Of a stretch of 10,525 nucleotides of DNA, positions 8,543-10,525 are shown piece by piece; the first letter of the stretch is position 1; the number at the start of each line of letters is the position of its first letter. The DNA is taken from positions 1 through 10,525 of the forward strand of contig JBJCIZ010001604.1 of assembly GCA_051294375.1 (NCBI GenBank), given 5' to 3'. The notes under the pieces were generated by a model. It was not told the origin of the DNA and did not search any database. It saw only the letters and a program-made list of their open reading frames with translations. This stretch comes from Paraspadella gotoi. Lineage: Eukaryota > Animalia > Chaetognatha. Position numbers and translations under genes: made by a program.

Positions 8543-8834
8543 AAGTTACAACTTAAAATACAAATATCACGCAGCAGAATTTCGCATCACTAACCCTCCT
8601 GCCTGTTCCCATTTCACATATGACGACGTGTTGTTTTCAGACCCAGTCCTAATTCCTGCGTCCACTCGTCTCGTCCATCATTTACTTTCCGGCAGACGAC
8701 TTCTGTCACGCCCCTTTTCCGGCTGTTTACTTCCTTGGTCCTCCCCTTTTCCGGCTAACATCATCGGCGAGTCTGATTTCCGAGGTCTCTTATGTACGAT
8801 TTGAAATCGCTTAGCTTTTATTTTGATACCATTA

Positions 8835-8867
8835 CTCTACTCTTACTCTCTCTCTCTCTCTCTTCAG

Positions 8868-8913
<46 letters not shown>

Positions 8914-8957
8914 TCTCTTCTCTCTCTCTCTCCTCTCCTCTCACACTCTCTCTCTCT
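8835..8957. repeat. imperfect (CT)n microsatellite
   Basis: Direct observation. Confidence 0.9.
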
Positions 8958-9430
8958 TATATAATAAGTAGGTCGCCTTGATTTCGAATATATCTCATCG
9001 GCATCGAGATATGAAGTAATTCAAACGACTGTCTGTCATGAGACGCCAATAGTCAAGTAGTAATGCGTATAGTTGATTGAATTTTTTTTAAGCGAGCCGC
9101 TTTTTACATAACTCAATATAATTTAGGTCCAACTAAGTACCTAATATGAGGGTTGAAATCCGCCAACGTTTCCACAGCGGTTAGCATTGAGCGTAGCCAA
9201 CCCAAATGTCCGAGATTTCGCCGGCGTGTCCTTATAGCATTAAAGTGGACGGAGCATTTTAACCCGAAAAAAAAAAAAAACAATAGCGAGGTGCTATAGT
9301 CTGAACCGAAGTTCAGAGACTGTTTTATTATTAACGGTTTATTCATTAATCATTAGTATTTCTGTCTCTTAAAGGTAAAGCTAAGAGTTATCTATATTCT
9401 TATATATAGATTCGCAAAAATACTAAAAAA

Positions 9431-9733
9431 AAAACAACATATTTCGAACGGTTAACTTGAGAGAGAAAATGTGATACTGAAAATGAAAAGGGAAGGACTG
9501 ATGAAGAGATCGAGAGAGGATCAAGAGTTTGGCAAGAAAGGAAGCAAGAGCATCCATCCGTGAGAGAAAAAAAGACTCGATGCTGATCCAAAAATAATGG
9601 GAGTTGAAAATAGAGACACGGGGTTTTTTTTAAAAACCAAAAGAAAGATTTCAATTTTTAAGACTTGCACCATTTATTTTGTATTAAAACAAGCAAAAAA
9701 AAAATTTAAAAACTTTTTATTACAAAAGCTAAT
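9431..9733 (+). repeat. duplicated block B, copy 2
   Basis: Collinear with 3952-4205 (see copy 1). Confidence 0.85.
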
Positions 9734-10261
9734 ATCCATCATTTACAGTACGCTCATGTGTAAAAAAACGCGCCACTTTATAACTTTAAATTCTAAATGC
9801 TGCATAATTATATTTTTATCTGTTATTTAAGAAAAATAAAGTTTTTAAAAAATAAATAAATTATAAATGTATAAAATTGTTTTTACAATCGGTCGAGCGG
9901 TCTAAGAGTGAATTTTTTTAAAACTTGACCGTTCTTAATCAAGAAGGGAAAATCGAATATTATTCAAAAGCTTTAGAATCATTGACTTGTCATTGATCTT
10001 ATTTTTTAATAACTTTGAAATCATTATTTAGGGATCTGGGTCTATCCAGTTGTCCAGCTATCCCTCCGGATAAGTCTTTTTCATTTTCAATCGATAATAA
10101 AAAATAAAAAATATTAGATGAGAGAAGATCAGTATTAAATAAATACTTTAACTAGTTTAAGTCGGGATTTGGCAATATGAATGACGTATGTATTAGAGTG
10201 GAACATAAATTTTATTTAAGTTAACAAACAAGTATGCATGCATACTAATTCCATGAAAGAC

Positions 10262-10525
10262 CCAATAAAAACCACACCCCATACAATTTAGGAATAAGCA
10301 ATTTGTAGTAGGATTTACTGGTGCAATTTTATTTTTTTGGCCAATGTTCCGATTCTTTTGGATGAATCATTTTTCAAGGCGGTCCAGTCTCTGTCTCTTC
10401 AACAACACACCCCATATAATTCTCTCATCTTTCAACATCGGAACTCAAACTTTTCCGAAGATTTTTTTCAAGACTAAATCTTTGGCAAATCTCTCTTCGT
10501 AGGATCGACCACCACCGCCACCACC
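10262..10525 (-). other. 3' end (3' UTR and last glycine-rich codons) of a second, paralogous glycine-rich RNA-binding protein gene, truncated by the window edge
   Basis: ccaataaaaaccacaccccatacaattt (10262-10289) matches ccaataaaaaaccacaccatacaattt (4296-4322); 10420-10472 aligns loosely with 4320-4368. The minus strand from 10525 reads GGT GGT GGC GGT GGT GG(G)T CGA TCC TAC GAA GAG AGA (GGGGGG-RSYEER after one indel). Confidence 0.7.

Noticed and set aside
6922-9415. Possible 10-bp terminal inverted repeat (gcaaatctat / atagattcgc) at the ends of the 2.5 kb block
   Set aside because: Short, imperfect (9 of 10), AT-rich and without a clear target-site duplication; compatible with chance.
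10231-10246. Perfect 16-bp palindrome agtatgcatgcatact
   Set aside because: Isolated, built on an ATGC repeat and absent from the first gene copy; no evidence of function.
1-10525. CRISPR array, tRNA/rRNA genes or prokaryotic operon
   Set aside because: No regularly spaced repeat-spacer pattern, cloverleaf or rRNA motif seen; spliceosomal introns and microsatellites indicate eukaryotic DNA.

Overview
Eukaryotic, AT-rich, microsatellite-laden DNA. The frequent single-base indels look like an unpolished long read or assembly; the organism cannot be determined from the sequence. Almost all ORFs in the supplied track are artefacts of CT/GA and other simple repeats. The one convincing gene, largely missed by the ORF track, is a three-exon gene on the minus strand (5718 to ~4395) with a TATA and a CCAAT box upstream. 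It encodes a glycine-rich RNA-binding protein of GRP/CIRBP-like architecture: an RRM containing DRETGR-SKGFAFVTL, followed by a GGRYGG/GGYGG tail. Unusually, it begins with a classical ~21-aa cleavable signal peptide, making it a candidate secreted RNA-binding protein. Its downstream flank and 3' UTR recur in the same order further right (6750-6910, 9431-9733, 10262-10465), and a second glycine-rich coding tail enters at the right edge. This indicates a tandem array of diverged paralogues, with a ~2.5 kb block present only in the second unit.
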